In this document: one piece after another, positions 51,748 through 63,016 of the stretch
How positions within the stretch are numbered: position 1 is the stretch's first letter
Layout: each line of letters starts with the position of its first letter
DNA from: an uncultured Bacteroidales bacterium
GTDB taxonomy: Bacteria; Bacteroidota; Bacteroidia; Bacteroidales; GCA-2748055
NCBI GenBank assembly: GCA_963763215.1
Contig: CAVXNX010000025.1
Location: forward strand, 20,090-84,089
Reading direction: 5' to 3'
Length of the DNA: 64,000 nt
Program-made: the position numbers and the translations under genes
The notes under the pieces: model-generated
What the model was told of the DNA's origin: nothing
What the model saw: only the letters and a program-made list of their open reading frames with translations
Databases searched by the model: none

Positions 51748-52731
51748 TCAAAACATCCCCTCAATAAACTCATCGATCGTGATGTTCCTGAAATAATCAT
51801 CAAACCGGAACCCTGACAGTGTCTGCCGTACGGCCTCCGGATCATGCCGGATGCCGATCAGGGATTTTTCGACCACCCCGATGTCGTGCTTATGGAAAAA
51901 ATCGCCATAGATCCGGATATCGTTGATCAACCCGCGTTCAACATTCAGATGAAATTCAATGTTCCCCCCATTCTCCGTCCTCACCAGCTTTTCAAAATCG
52001 TATTTGGGCGAATACCCGAAGTTCCACTCCCACTTTGAAAACTTTTCATCCCTGAGCTTTTCAATATTTTTCATATCCTCTGCGGAGAATTCATACAACC
52101 GGGAGTCGGGATATTTTTCCATGATATGTTTCATGATCTGGTCCCGGAATTCGAGGACGTCCATTTTTTCCGTGAGGTGTTCACTGATATTGGTCACTCG
52201 GCTCCGAACCGATTTAATGGCTTTATCCTTGAATTTCAGAGGGTTTACCCGAAGAGCGCCGGAAAGGTCGCTCATGACCGATGAAAAGAGCAGGGTGCCA
52301 TGGTGCAAGGTCCTGTTTCGCCAGACATGCTCGGCATTGCCGGAGAACTTTTTCCCTTCGATGGTCAGATCATTCCGGCCTTCAAATCGTGCATTCACCC
52401 TCATATTTTGCAGCACTTCGAGAATGGGAAGGGTAAATTTCCGGAAATCAACCAGGTTCCCGTCCTCACCAGTCATGACAAAGGAAAAGTTCAGGTTACC
52501 CAGATCGTGAAACACGGCGCCGCCACCGGAGATCCGGCGCACCACCCTGATGTTTTTCTCCTTCACATAATCGACGTTGATCTCTGAAAGCGTATTCTGG
52601 TGCTTGCCGATGATGATGGCATTCTCATTCCTCCAGAGCATAAAACAGTCTTCGGTAAAATGTTTCAGGAGGTATTCATCGGTGGCAAGGTTAAAATAGG
52701 GGTCCGTACTTTCAAGATTGATACACAGCAT
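51748..52731 (-). CDS. lplA: Lipoate--protein ligase
   Basis: Intact 327-aa ORF with ..RRISGGGAVFHDLGNLNFSF.. and ..GKKFSGNAEHV.. (lipoyl-AMP binding Lys region). Confidence 0.8.
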   Translation of the reverse strand: MLCINLESTDPYFNLATDEYLLKHFTEDCFMLWRNENAIIIGKHQNTLSEINVDYVKEKNIRVVRRISGGGAVFHDLGNLNFSFVMTGEDGNLVDFRKFTLPILEVLQNMRVNARFEGRNDLTIEGKKFSGNAEHVWRNRTLHHGTLLFSSVMSDLSGALRVNPLKFKDKAIKSVRSRVTNISEHLTEKMDVLEFRDQIMKHIMEKYPDSRLYEFSAEDMKNIEKLRDEKFSKWEWNFGYSPKYDFEKLVRTENGGNIEFHLNVERGLINDIRIYGDFFHKHDIGVVEKSLIGIRHDPEAVRQTLSGFRFDDYFRNITIDEFIEGMF

Positions 52732-52834
52732 GGGTTATCACAGTTTAAAAGGCAAAAATAGAGATTCTGTGGAGAATGGCCTAATATTTTATGGATCCGG
52801 ATGACCCTCACTCTTCCTTCATCCGCCCAGAGAG

Positions 52835-53413
52835 TCAACCAATGGCTTCAGAAGCAGGGCGGTCGGGCATGACGGCAACGTAAAGCCGGCTCATGCCCCA
52901 TCCCAGCAGGGCGCCCCAGAGCCCACCGACAAGAACATCACCAAAATAGTGAACCCCCAGGTAGATGCGGCTGTAACAGACCAATACCGCCCAGGCGAAG
53001 AGCAGGATAGTGATCCAGCGGGTTCTGAAAACGGACCGGAGAAAGACAGCCACGGCGAACGTATTGGACGCATGCGAGGAGATGAAACCGTACTTCCCCC
53101 CGCAATGTCCCCTGACCAGGTGGACCATCCCTTCCAGGGAAGGGTTGTGACAGGGTCGAAGGCGATGAAAAACCTCTTTGAAGAGGTGCACCGAACTCTG
53201 GTCCGATGCGGTGATCAGGGCAGCGACGAAGAGCAGGGTGAGGGCGGCGCGCCATTTCTGACGAACAGCCAAAAGGACGATCAGCAGGAGGTAAAGGGGC
53301 AGCCAGCTCAGCCTGCCGCTCGCAAACCACATCAGGTTATCGAAAAGCAGGGAATGATGACCATTGATGAATAGAAAAATCGATTGATCGAGGTTTTGCA
53401 GCCAATTAAGCAT
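52835..53413 (-). CDS. PAP2-family phosphatase (membrane)
   Basis: Intact 192-aa ORF with the PAP2 motifs KEVFHRLRP, SHASN and SRIYLGVHYFGDV. Confidence 0.7.
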   Translation of the reverse strand: MLNWLQNLDQSIFLFINGHHSLLFDNLMWFASGRLSWLPLYLLLIVLLAVRQKWRAALTLLFVAALITASDQSSVHLFKEVFHRLRPCHNPSLEGMVHLVRGHCGGKYGFISSHASNTFAVAVFLRSVFRTRWITILLFAWAVLVCYSRIYLGVHYFGDVLVGGLWGALLGWGMSRLYVAVMPDRPASEAIG

Positions 53414-53417
53414 AGGG

Positions 53418-54408
53418 TCAGGAGTTTAGCATTTCCCAGAGTTTGTCTTTCAGAGGCGTGATTCCCGAACCGGTCATGGCCGATATGAAGAGCCATGGCA
53501 CAGGAGGAAGGTTTTTGCTGATCTCATCCCTGAGCTCCTCATCAAGGAGGTCCGATTTGGTGATGGCCAGCAGTCGTTTTTTATCGAGCAGTTCAGGGTT
53601 GTACATCCTGAGTTCGTTGATCAGGATGTCATATTCCCTGTTGATGTCGTCACTGTCGGCAGGGACCATGAACAGCAGCATGGCGTTTCGTTCGATATGG
53701 CGGAGGAAGCGGGTACCGATGCCCTTGCCTTCACTGGCCCCTTCGATGATCCCGGGGATGTCGGCCATCACGAACGACCGTTCATCCCGGTAGGAGACGA
53801 TCCCGAGGTTGGGAACGAGGGTGGTGAAGGGATAGTCGGCGATCTTGGGTTTGGCGGCGGAGACCACCGAGAGCAGTGTAGACTTCCCGGCATTGGGAAA
53901 TCCGACGAGGCCGACATCGGCCAGGAGCTTCAGCTCGAGGATCATCCATCCTTCCTGGCCCGGCTCTCCGGGCTGGGCATAACGGGGGGTCTGGTTCGTT
54001 GCCGATTTGAAATGCTCATTGCCCAGCCCTCCCCTGCCACCTTGCATGAGGATCCTGGTTTCCCCATGTTGGGTGATCTCAAAGAGAAAATTTCCCGGTT
54101 TCCGCATCCCTGGCCACCGTGCCCAACGGCACTTCAATCACGGCGTCCTCGCCGTCGGCCCCTGTCATCTGGGCTCCGGCACCCGCCTGGCCGTGACTGG
54201 CGAAAATGTGCTTCTGGAATTTCAGATGCAGAAGGGTCCAAAGCTGCTCATTTCCCCTAACGAGGACATGACCTCCCCGGCCACCATCACCCCCGTCGGG
54301 ACCGCCTTTGGGGATGAATTTCTCCCTCCGCAGATGGGCGGATCCGCCTCCGCCGTTCCCTGAACGGCAGAAGATTTTTACATAGTCGACAAAATTTGAA
54401 CCCGCCAT
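53418..54408 (-). CDS. obg: GTPase Obg (one frameshift)
   Basis: ORF 54079..54408 is the Obg fold ([39 protein letters not shown]). ORF 53418..54137 is the G domain ([22 protein letters not shown]). The junction is in the AAAATTTCCC run at 54087-54096. Confidence 0.85.
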
Positions 54409-54476
54409 AAGCTTGCGGAGTGAGAAAGGGGGAGAACCCGATTTTCGACCGTCTCCTCCCCTTTGTTTAGGAATGA

Positions 54477-55049
54477 TCAGATAACTTTTTTAATGACGGT
54501 GGCGATCCTTTCAAAGATCTGGTCAATGGTTCCCATGCCGTCGATCCCCTCATACTTACCCACTGCCTTGTAGTGGTTCATCACCGGGGCTGTCTGCTCA
54601 TGGTACACGTTGATCCGGTTCTCAATGGTCTCCAGGTTATCGTCAGACCTGCCCGATTCTTTGCCCCGTTTGAGCAGGCGGTCGATGAGCTCTTCCTTCT
54701 TCACTTCCAGCCCGATCATCAGCGTGATGGCCTGCCCGTGCGAAGCCAGCAGATGATCGAGTGCCTGCGCCTGCTTCACCGTTCTCGGGAAACCGTCAAA
54801 AATAAATCCCCTGGCATCCTGGTTGCCATCGATCCTTTTTTCGATCATCGAGATGACGATCTCATCCGACACCAGTTCCCCCTTGTCCATGATTTCCCTG
54901 GCCTTCAGTCCGAGTTCCGTCTTGTTGGCTAATTCATTACGTAAAATATCACCCGTGGAAAGATGCACCAGTCCGTACCTGTCGATGATCTTTTCCGACT
55001 GTGTTCCCTTTCCCGATCCCGGAGGGCCAAAAAGAATAAGATTAAGCAT
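54477..55049 (-). CDS. adk: Adenylate kinase (short lid, no Zn)
   Basis: [17 protein letters not shown] starts at 55049. Other blocks are ..STGDILR.. and ..[10 protein letters not shown].. Confidence 0.9.
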   Translation of the reverse strand: MLNLILFGPPGSGKGTQSEKIIDRYGLVHLSTGDILRNELANKTELGLKAREIMDKGELVSDEIVISMIEKRIDGNQDARGFIFDGFPRTVKQAQALDHLLASHGQAITLMIGLEVKKEELIDRLLKRGKESGRSDDNLETIENRINVYHEQTAPVMNHYKAVGKYEGIDGMGTIDQIFERIATVIKKVI

Positions 55050-55328
55050 GTTTAAATGTTTTATGTTTTCAACAAAAATGAAGTTGCAAATATACGAACT
55101 CTGACGGTTCCGCACCCGAACCGGGAAAGAAAGACCATTTCCCGCCGGCTTCTTTCAAGAAACAACGATCAGCCGCAGCCGGTTCGGAATGACCCCGGGC
55201 TTTGAAGGGGACGTCCTTTCCGGCATTTCCTCTTCCCGACTGATCACCGCTCGAAAAAAGATTACAGCGCCATACGGACTCCGGGTGAAGCAGAAACCGC
55301 CCGTCCGGCTGCAGGAAAAGAAAGCAGC

Positions 55329-55865
55329 CTAGCGGACGACTGTGTAGATATCGCTGTATCCCCGCCCGTACCCGTTATAATCGAGCCCGTAGCCGACGAT
55401 AAAATCATTGGGAATGGTGAAACCGACATAATCGAGTTTCACATCTTTTTTAAAGGATTCGGGTTTGAAAAGAAGGGTGACAATTTTGATCGATGCCGGC
55501 TGGAATCCGTCGAGCTGCCGCATGATGTTTTCAAGGGTGATCCCGGTATCCACGATGTCCTCCAGGATAACCACATGCTGGTTTTTGAGGTCCTGGTTAA
55601 GACCGATCAGTTGTTTGACGCTGCCTGTCGTGGTGGTGCCCTGGTAGGATGCCAGTTTCAGGAAGGTGATCTGGGCATCGAATTCAATCGTTTTGAAAAG
55701 ATCGGCGGCAAACATGAAGGAGCCATTGAGGATCCCGATGAAAACAGGATTTTTGTCGCCCATATCCCGGGTGAGCTGCCGGGCGAGCTCCGATATCCGG
55801 GCCTGGATTTTCTCCGACGGGATGGAGATCTCGAACTCCTTGTCAAGAACTTTTATTTTTTTCAT
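55329..55865 (-). CDS. hpt: Hypoxanthine phosphoribosyltransferase
   Basis: Intact 178-aa ORF. The PRPP loop is VVILEDIVDTGITL, followed by ..DFIVGYGLDYNG.. Confidence 0.85.
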   Translation of the reverse strand: MKKIKVLDKEFEISIPSEKIQARISELARQLTRDMGDKNPVFIGILNGSFMFAADLFKTIEFDAQITFLKLASYQGTTTTGSVKQLIGLNQDLKNQHVVILEDIVDTGITLENIMRQLDGFQPASIKIVTLLFKPESFKKDVKLDYVGFTIPNDFIVGYGLDYNGYGRGYSDIYTVVR

Positions 55866-56027
55866 TCACGGTGTCATTAAGGCCCCGAATTTAATACATA
55901 TTCAACCATATGACAAATCCCGGTGTTATCCTGAGAGCAAACTTTAGCGCCTTCCGTGAAAATTTTCGTAATATAGTAGCTGATTTTTGCGGAAAAATCT
56001 GATTAATCCTTAAACGAACAGAAAAAA

Positions 56028-56540
56028 ATGAATCCGAAAGTAAGCATCATTATGGGCAGCACCTCCGATTTACCGGTGATGGAGAAAGCTGCAAAAATCC
56101 TCGACGAGTTTGAGATCCCTTTTGAGATCAATGCTCTCTCGGCGCACCGCACGCCTGAGCAGGCCGCCGATTTTGCAAAAAACGCATGGGGACGCGGCAT
56201 TCGCGTTGTCATTGCCGGCGCCGGCGGGGCAGCGCATCTGCCCGGTGTGATCGCCGCCATGACCCCTGTACCGGTCATCGGCGTCCCGGTAAAAGCTTCC
56301 ATTTCACTCGACGGCTGGGACAGCCTGTTATCCATTGTCCAGATGCCTCCGGGAATCCCCGTGGCCACCGTTGGCCTCGACGGTGCCATGAATGCCGGTA
56401 TCCTTGCCGTGCAGATCCTCGCTGTGGGTGATCCCGACCTGATGAAAAAAGTGGTGGCTTACAAGGAAAAACTCAAGTCGAAGATCATCAAAGCCAATGA
56501 GGAGTTGAAAGCGGTGAAATTCAAATTTAAAACCAACTGA
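56028..56540 (+). CDS. purE: 5-(carboxyamino)imidazole ribonucleotide mutase
   Basis: Intact 170-aa ORF with VSIIMGSTSDLPVM, SAHRTP and IAGAGGAAHLPGV. Confidence 0.9.
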   Translation: MNPKVSIIMGSTSDLPVMEKAAKILDEFEIPFEINALSAHRTPEQAADFAKNAWGRGIRVVIAGAGGAAHLPGVIAAMTPVPVIGVPVKASISLDGWDSLLSIVQMPPGIPVATVGLDGAMNAGILAVQILAVGDPDLMKKVVAYKEKLKSKIIKANEELKAVKFKFKTN

Positions 56541-56541
56541 A

Positions 56542-57400
56542 TTGAACACCTTCCCGGGATATGCCATCACCCGGACCGTGAGATCACTCCTTCTCCCGGC
56601 ACTGCTGCTGTGCATCGCCAACCCGCTGTCGGCGCAGATGCAGATCCGGAATTTCCCCATCGGGTCGAGAGCCGCTGCCCTGGCCAATGCCTACGTGATG
56701 GAATCGGACATCTGGTCCGTGTACCACAACCAGGCCGGGCTCGGCTTTTATCCCCATTTTGCCATCGGCTTCCATCATGAAAACAAGTTCGTCATAAAGG
56801 AGTATGCGCTGCATGCCCTGGCAATTACGTTACCCACAAAACCCGGAACCATCGGCCTGTCCTACCGCTATTTCGGATATGCGAAATACAACGAGAGCAA
56901 GGTCGGCCTGGGTTTCGGCCGCCAGTTCGGAAATGGCTTCGCCGCAGGGCTCCAGCTTAACCTTCATCATACCTACCTCGAAGGGGAATTTGGTAACCGG
57001 AACGCCCTCACCGTCGAAGGAGGTATCCAGTACAAGCCCGCCAACAACCTGGTGATCGGAGCCCATGTCTTCAATCCGACCCGGTCGAAGATCTCGCCCT
57101 TACGATCAGGATACCATCGAGACAACCTTCAGCGTCGGGGCCGGTTACCGTCCATTCGACCGGTTCTTTATGGCCTTCGAGACACAGAAAACCCTTGACA
57201 GGAACCTTTCGCTCAAGGGCGGCCTGGAGTATGAACTTTATGAAAACCTTTTCATCCGGGCGGGCTTGTCGACCGCTCCCTTTGAAAGCACCTTCGGACT
57301 GGGATACATCATTAAGAAAGTGAGTGTTGACATTGCCTTCACCCACAATGAGATCCTGGGCTTCACCCCCCATTTTTCCATCCAGATCCGCTTTGACTAA
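56542..57400 (+). CDS. PorQ/PorV-like (FadL-like) outer-membrane beta-barrel (one frameshift)
   Basis: ORFs 56542..57198 and 57065..57400 join near 57095-57110. There is a signal peptide. The N-terminal block FPIGSRAAALANAYVMESDIWSVYHNQAGLG resembles the PorQ/PorV family. The protein ends ..PHFSIQIRFD. Confidence 0.45.
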
Positions 57401-57515
57401 ACGCCAGGTCCTGACCGATATGCCCGCCGGCCATCATTTTTTTCCTTCACCTGAAAAATTTTCCGTTTTCACCGGCTGATTTTTCGCCTGTTTTCCGATT
57501 AAGGTTAAAACGACG

Positions 57516-59691
57516 ATGGAAACAGGTGCCAAACGGTGGATCATCCTCCTGGCCTTGACCGGCGTTTCGCGCCTTCCCGTTACCCTGGCCCAGGCCGGCG
57601 GGACCGGTGAAATGCCACAGCCCGACATTTCCCTGGAGGAGATCATTTCCGAGACGGAAGACGAGACTTATGCTACGGCGGTCTATGAGGATCTGGTCAG
57701 CCTGGCCTCAAATCCGCTGGATCTGAATGCCGCAACGGCTGAAGATCTTGCAAGACTGTATTTCCTGAACGACTTCCAGATTTTCAGCATCCTGGACTAC
57801 CGTCACAAATACGGAGCCATGCTCAGTCTGAGCGAGCTCCGGCTGATACCCGGGCTCAGGGAAGATCTGATCGCACATATCCTGCCCTATGTGACCATCG
57901 GTAACCCTTCCCTGGCCCCGGTTTCCCCTACCCTCCGTTTCAGGCCGCGGCAGACCCTCCTGCTCAGAACGCGTTCCTCCCTTCCGCTCCGGGAAGGATT
58001 CAGCAGCGAATGCGACACGGCCCTGAAATTCCGGGGACCTCCACTGTCACGGCTGATGAAATATGAAATCAGGCAAGATAAAGATCTTCGTGCAGGGTTC
58101 ACTTTTGAAAGTGACGCCGGCGAAAGGATCCCGATGGATATCAGATACGGTCTGTTCGACTTTAACTCGGCATTCGTCGAGCTGAGTCATAAAGGACCGG
58201 TCCGTGAGGCAGTCATCGGCGATTTCCGGTACGAGACCGGATGTGGCCTGGTGAACGGGACGGGACGGCGGGGCAAATCGTCGCAGGTCATTCTCAAACA
58301 GAAAAACGCAGGGATCAGCCGGTACGCTTCAACTTCCGAAGCGGGTTTCAATCGTGGAGCCGCCGTCATGCTCGCCCTCGACCACTGGATCATCCGGGGC
58401 ATGCTTTCACGCACCAAAATATCGGCCAGCGTTTTACCGGATACCGATAGCACCACCGTCTTCACCTCGACCGATCTCGCGGGTCTCCACCGGAACGCGA
58501 GGGAGGAACCCGCCAGGAACAATCTGCTCTTCCAACAGCTCGGCGGGGGAATGGGATATTCTTCCGGAAGGTTGTCGGCAAACTACAATGTCCTTCTGCA
58601 GCATTTCAGCAAGGCCTACCGTTACCGGATAATTCCCAGCCGGCTTTCTCCGGTCCGCGAACAGGACAGGTTTACCTTCCATTCCCTGGACTTCAGCTAC
58701 CGGGATAACCGGTTTTTGATCAATGGCGAAGTGGCTGCCGGGGACAGGCGGCATCCGGCCATTCTCAGCACGGTGACCGCCTGGCTTCACCCGTTATTGA
58801 CCCTCAATATGAGTTACCGTTACTACGACCCGGAGTATTTCTGTTTGAATGCATCCGCCTTTGCTGAATCGGATGTGCGCAATGAAGAAGGTCTCTATGC
58901 CGGGCTGGAAGCGGCGCCTTTTCCTTTCCTGAATGTCAGCGCTTACATCGACGGCTACCGGTTCCCTTTGCTGAGATACTTCGGCGTTGCGCCCGAGAGA
59001 GGGCGCGACATTCTGCTGAAAACCGAATTCCGGACGAAACCCGATGTCGTTGTGACCACCGTTCTGAAGTATGAAAAAAAATTGACCGGCGCCGTACGGG
59101 ATCAACCCGGGATCGCCAAACCGGGCACCCAGGCTGATTTCCGGGCAATGGCGGAAATGTTGCTGCCGCCTGGATGCCGCACTGACCGTTAAGACGAAGT
59201 TCGAGTACCGGCACTCCGCCATGCCCGGCGACAGCACCCGCCACCGGGGCCTCTTCCTCAGCCAGGATATCAGCTATCACTCACCAGGCGAACGGTTCAC
59301 CCTGAATGCCCGCTATGCCGTTTTTGATTCACCCGATTGGTCGACGCGTATTTACGCTTATGAAAATGACCTGCTCTACAGTTTTTCGATCCCTGCTTTT
59401 TACAGGCAGGGAAGCCGGATCAGCCTCTCCGGAAAAGTCGGCGTTTTAAGGCATGCCGATCTCTGGTTCAAGTATGCCGTGACCCGCTATACCTCACCAT
59501 ACCTCTCGGGCTCGGGACCCGACAGGAGGGAGAGCTCCGTATACCGGGATTTTGGATTGGAACTGGTGGTCAGGATGGGAGGCGGGAAAGCGATGAAACA
59601 TCCCCGTCTGAATCGTCCCGGGAATGTCTCCGGGGCAACCGGACAGAATAAATCGGCAGATGGTACCGTAAACCGGTTAAGCACATTATGA
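57516..59691 (+). CDS. Secreted helix-hairpin-helix (ComEA-like) domain protein with a large beta-rich C-terminal domain (one frameshift)
   Basis: ORFs 57516..59192 and 59221..59691 join near 59160-59200. There is a signal peptide. The HhH region is LDLNAATAEDLARL..LSLSELRLIPGL. The ~600-aa remainder has alternating aromatic/Arg strand-like patterns. Confidence 0.55.
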
Positions 59692-59734
59692 ATGGGGAAG
59701 AGGCCTGGTTGAAGGTATAAAGCTGACGGTCTTC

Positions 59735-61450
59735 CTAGTCGGTCTTGATGTCCCTGACATTAAGCTGGAGATTTGCTTCCCCCCGGAAGACATTCTCCTC
59801 AATGGAGTAACAGATGTCGAAAGCGTGACCACTGGCGATGGCGGGATATTTGTCAGCCTGCTGAAAAGCGATGGCGGGAAAGACCCGGAAGGGATCCTCT
59901 TCCTGGACGAGAGCAAGCTTGAGGTGTTCCCCGTTTGTCCCGACCACCTTCCCTTCGCCATTATCCGAAACATTTTCCGTCAGGAAAATCGGCGCCAGAT
60001 TTTCCGGACCGAAGGGCATAAATTGTTTGAGCACCCGGTAAAACCGGCTGGTGATTTCGGAAAGCTGAATTTCCGTATCGATTTCGACCACGGGGATGAG
60101 TTGGTCGGGGAGGATATTCTCATTCACCACTTCTTCGAATCTCTTGCGGAACCGGGTCACATTGCCGAGCTCCATGGTCAGTCCGGCAGCGTACTTGTGC
60201 CCGCCGAAATTCTCCAGCAGGTCGCTGCACTCCTCGATCGCCTGGTAGAGGTCGAAACCGATGACCGAACGGGCGGAACCGGTGGCAAAGCCATTGGATT
60301 TGGTCAGGATGACCGTGGGCCGGTAGTAGTGTTCGAGAAGGCGGGAAGCAACGATGCCGATCACCCCTTTGTGCCACTTTGGATTATACAGCACGGTCGA
60401 TTTCATGTCTTTGAGTTCCGGATCGCCACTGAGCATATTGAGGGCTTCCTGGGTGATATTGGTGTCGATGAAACGCCGGTCGGAGTTGAACACATTGATC
60501 TTCTCACTCATCGTGAGCGCCTCGGCTATGTCGTCGGAAATCAGCAGATCGACACTTTTCCTGCCCGATTCCATCCTTCCTGCAGCGTTGATCCGCGGGC
60601 CGATCCGGAAAACGATGTCCTCGACCGTGATTTCTTTCGTGCCGATATTGGCGATGTTGATGATGGCTTTCATACCGGTGGACGGGCTGTGATTGATCCT
60701 GTCGAGACCGAAAAAGGCCAGGACCCGGTTTTCGCCGGTAATGGGAACAATATCGGAGGCAATGCTCACGGCAACGAGGTCGAGGTATTTCAGCAGTTCC
60801 TCGAAGGGTTTGTTCTGCACAGCCTGGAAGGCCTGAACGAGCTTGAATCCGACACCGCAGCCGCTGAGTTCCTTATAGGGATAAGGGCAATCGGGCCGTT
60901 TGGCATCCAGGACCGCCACTGCATCCGGGATGACTGTCCCCGGGGTGTGGTGATCGCAGATGATCAGATCGACACCCTTGCTTTTGGCATACCTGACTTT
61001 TTCATTGGCCTTGATGCCGCAGTCGAGGGCGATGACCAGGCGGTATCCCTTTTCGGCGGCATAATCCATGCCGGTAAAGGAAATGCCGTACCCTTCCTTG
61101 TACCTGTCGGGAATATAATAGTCGATGTTCCGGAAATAGTCTTTAAAATAGCTGTAAACCAGGGCCACTGCCGTGGTGCCGTCCACGTCATAATCGCCGT
61201 AAATCAGGAGGTTCTCGTTCTGCTCGAGAGCCTGCCGGATCCGGTCGATGGCCTTATCCATATCCTTCATGAGAAACGGATCGTGCAGGTGGGAAAGATT
61301 GGGCCGGAAAAAGGCTTTGGCATCGTCAAAAGTATGAATGCCCCGCTGAACCAACATGTTGGCAATCGGGCGATCCACCTTCAGCACGTCCTGAAGATGA
61401 TTAACGTCTGCATCGCTGCCCTGCTCCCTGATGACCCAGTTCCTGTACAT
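59735..61450 (-). CDS. recJ: Single-stranded-DNA-specific exonuclease RecJ
   Basis: Intact from MYRNWVIRE (61450). The DHH motifs are LIYGDYDVDGTT, ALDCG, LIICDHH and GGHKYAAG (DHHA1). Confidence 0.85.
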   Translation of the reverse strand: MYRNWVIREQGSDADVNHLQDVLKVDRPIANMLVQRGIHTFDDAKAFFRPNLSHLHDPFLMKDMDKAIDRIRQALEQNENLLIYGDYDVDGTTAVALVYSYFKDYFRNIDYYIPDRYKEGYGISFTGMDYAAEKGYRLVIALDCGIKANEKVRYAKSKGVDLIICDHHTPGTVIPDAVAVLDAKRPDCPYPYKELSGCGVGFKLVQAFQAVQNKPFEELLKYLDLVAVSIASDIVPITGENRVLAFFGLDRINHSPSTGMKAIINIANIGTKEITVEDIVFRIGPRINAAGRMESGRKSVDLLISDDIAEALTMSEKINVFNSDRRFIDTNITQEALNMLSGDPELKDMKSTVLYNPKWHKGVIGIVASRLLEHYYRPTVILTKSNGFATGSARSVIGFDLYQAIEECSDLLENFGGHKYAAGLTMELGNVTRFRKRFEEVVNENILPDQLIPVVEIDTEIQLSEITSRFYRVLKQFMPFGPENLAPIFLTENVSDNGEGKVVGTNGEHLKLALVQEEDPFRVFPAIAFQQADKYPAIASGHAFDICYSIEENVFRGEANLQLNVRDIKTD

Positions 61451-61490
61451 GTCTGTTCCGGTTAATCCTTGTCGGAGGATTTTGTTAACA

Positions 61491-61498
61491 CAAAAGTA
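61491..61498 (-). promoter_or_regulatory. Candidate -7 box (TACTTTTG) for recJ
   Basis: The minus strand reads TACTTTTG, 41 nt upstream of the recJ ATG. Confidence 0.35.
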
Positions 61499-61999
61499 TA
61501 AATATCCTGACAATTTTTATTGTTAAACAGAATCATTCCGGTAAGCCTTTTTCAACGTGCTTTAATCCAGATCTTAATGTCGTCATCCGGCCCCCCTTTT
61601 TACCCCTTAATCGCTTTTAAGCCAAAAAATCAGCGTGGGAAATGAAAAAAAATTCTGAAGAAGGGATGACGAGGCAGGGAAAAGAGAGAAAGAGGGGGCG
61701 ATGCACCCGGAGGATCAGAAAAGTCAGGCCAGGGATATCCAAAGGTAAAGTTTAAGACCAGTAGCGGGTTTCAAAGCGATTACCTTTCCGCTACCACTAA
61801 AGTACATCAAATGCACAAAACTTGATTTTACCTCATCACCAGCTATTGCTCTTATACAATGTGGGGCAATCGTGCTTTTTTTCTGTCCATGGCTGGGCTC
61901 AGACACACGTATTGACAAGTTTTTTATTGTACGTTAGGCTTGTGTGGCTTGGGACTGAGTGTGGCTGTGATGGGTCGGCATAGTTTAATGGTGCTTACT

Positions 62000-63016
62000 T
62001 CATTTTTTTTCAAGTCTTGGAATTATGACTTTGAATTGTTCGCCTTCTATGTCATTAATTAATTCAATATTTGGCTGTTCGGCTAAAGACCTTTTAACTC
62101 CTGAACCCAACCCGCTAAATGGTAATGTGTGAGTGCTGAAAGAAACAAGTTGGTTATTTCTAATTACAGGGTTTCCATACTTTATATCCTCTACCGTTAA
62201 ATTGTTTGGTAACTTTCCGGGACTGATAATCTCAATACGATTGTCAAATATAACCAGCCTTATGGGTGAATTTTTAAAATAATCTCTGTGAACCAAGGCA
62301 TTCTGAAGTAATTCTTCAAGTGCAATACTTGATACTTCAAGTTGACCTTGAGCATTGAAACTTTCGCCAGACTGAATAAAGTCCAAGTTGCTTTTCAAGA
62401 AATCTATACCTTTTTCAAATAGGTCAGGAATTGTACCCGTCAAATCTTTAGGCTTACTTCGATATTGATTGCCTTCAATATCATTGCCGAAAAAAGAAAC
62501 TGCTTTTATTGTAAATGCGGGTTTAACAGACTGTGGTTCTTTCCCGAAAAATAATAGACCTGCAAGTGTCAATTGATTATTTCGAAATACTCTTTTTGCC
62601 CTTAGAGCTTGCTCGTATGAAAGTCCTCTCTCCTGATAAGTTTTCCCAAACTCCTTTTTGAAATATTCAGAAAACTTCTTTTCATCCACATCATCAAGAG
62701 AAGTTCCATACACTTCCATTTCGTCCGCAAGTAAATTTCCGCTATGTTGGAACAGCCGCATAATTTCAGCATTATCGGTTAAAAGGCGTTTGTTTGAACC
62801 TTGTTTCACATAAATTTCACCTTGTGCTGTTTTATATGGCTTGTTTATTCCCTCATTAATATGAAGGATTAATACATTCTTAGAGTCATTGTCCTCTTGA
62901 ATTTTCACAACCTCTGTTGCAAGGTAAATTGGTGGTTTCAGATTGTCCGCAAATTCAGCGACCTTTTGGGTGCGCTTGGAATGGGCAAACTCTTTTGATT
63001 TTTTCAGTGTAGGCAT
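62000..63016 (-). CDS. AlbA_2 (Schlafen-like) / HATPase_c_4 ATP-binding protein of the family often mis-labelled RecG-like, in a low-GC insert
   Basis: The ORF runs 62000..63154. The low-GC body starts at MPTLKKSKEF (63016). The AlbA_2-like part is ..VLILHINEGINKPYKTAQGEIYVKQGSNKRLL.. The HATPase_c_4-type block is LEELLQNALVHRDYF..IRLVIFDNRIEIISPG. Hand counts of single 60-nt lines give 21/60 GC at 62041-62100 against 35/60 at 61021-61080 in recJ. Confidence 0.6.
   Translation of the reverse strand: MPTLKKSKEFAHSKRTQKVAEFADNLKPPIYLATEVVKIQEDNDSKNVLILHINEGINKPYKTAQGEIYVKQGSNKRLLTDNAEIMRLFQHSGNLLADEMEVYGTSLDDVDEKKFSEYFKKEFGKTYQERGLSYEQALRAKRVFRNNQLTLAGLLFFGKEPQSVKPAFTIKAVSFFGNDIEGNQYRSKPKDLTGTIPDLFEKGIDFLKSNLDFIQSGESFNAQGQLEVSSIALEELLQNALVHRDYFKNSPIRLVIFDNRIEIISPGKLPNNLTVEDIKYGNPVIRNNQLVSFSTHTLPFSGLGSGVKRSLAEQPNIELINDIEGEQFKVIIPRLEKK

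Noticed and set aside
59825-61465. 546-aa ORF on the plus strand covering almost all of recJ
   Set aside because: It is the mirror frame of a codon-biased gene and is rich in G/D/V/H/I runs with no recognisable motif. The minus strand encodes a complete RecJ with its DHH and DHHA1 motifs.
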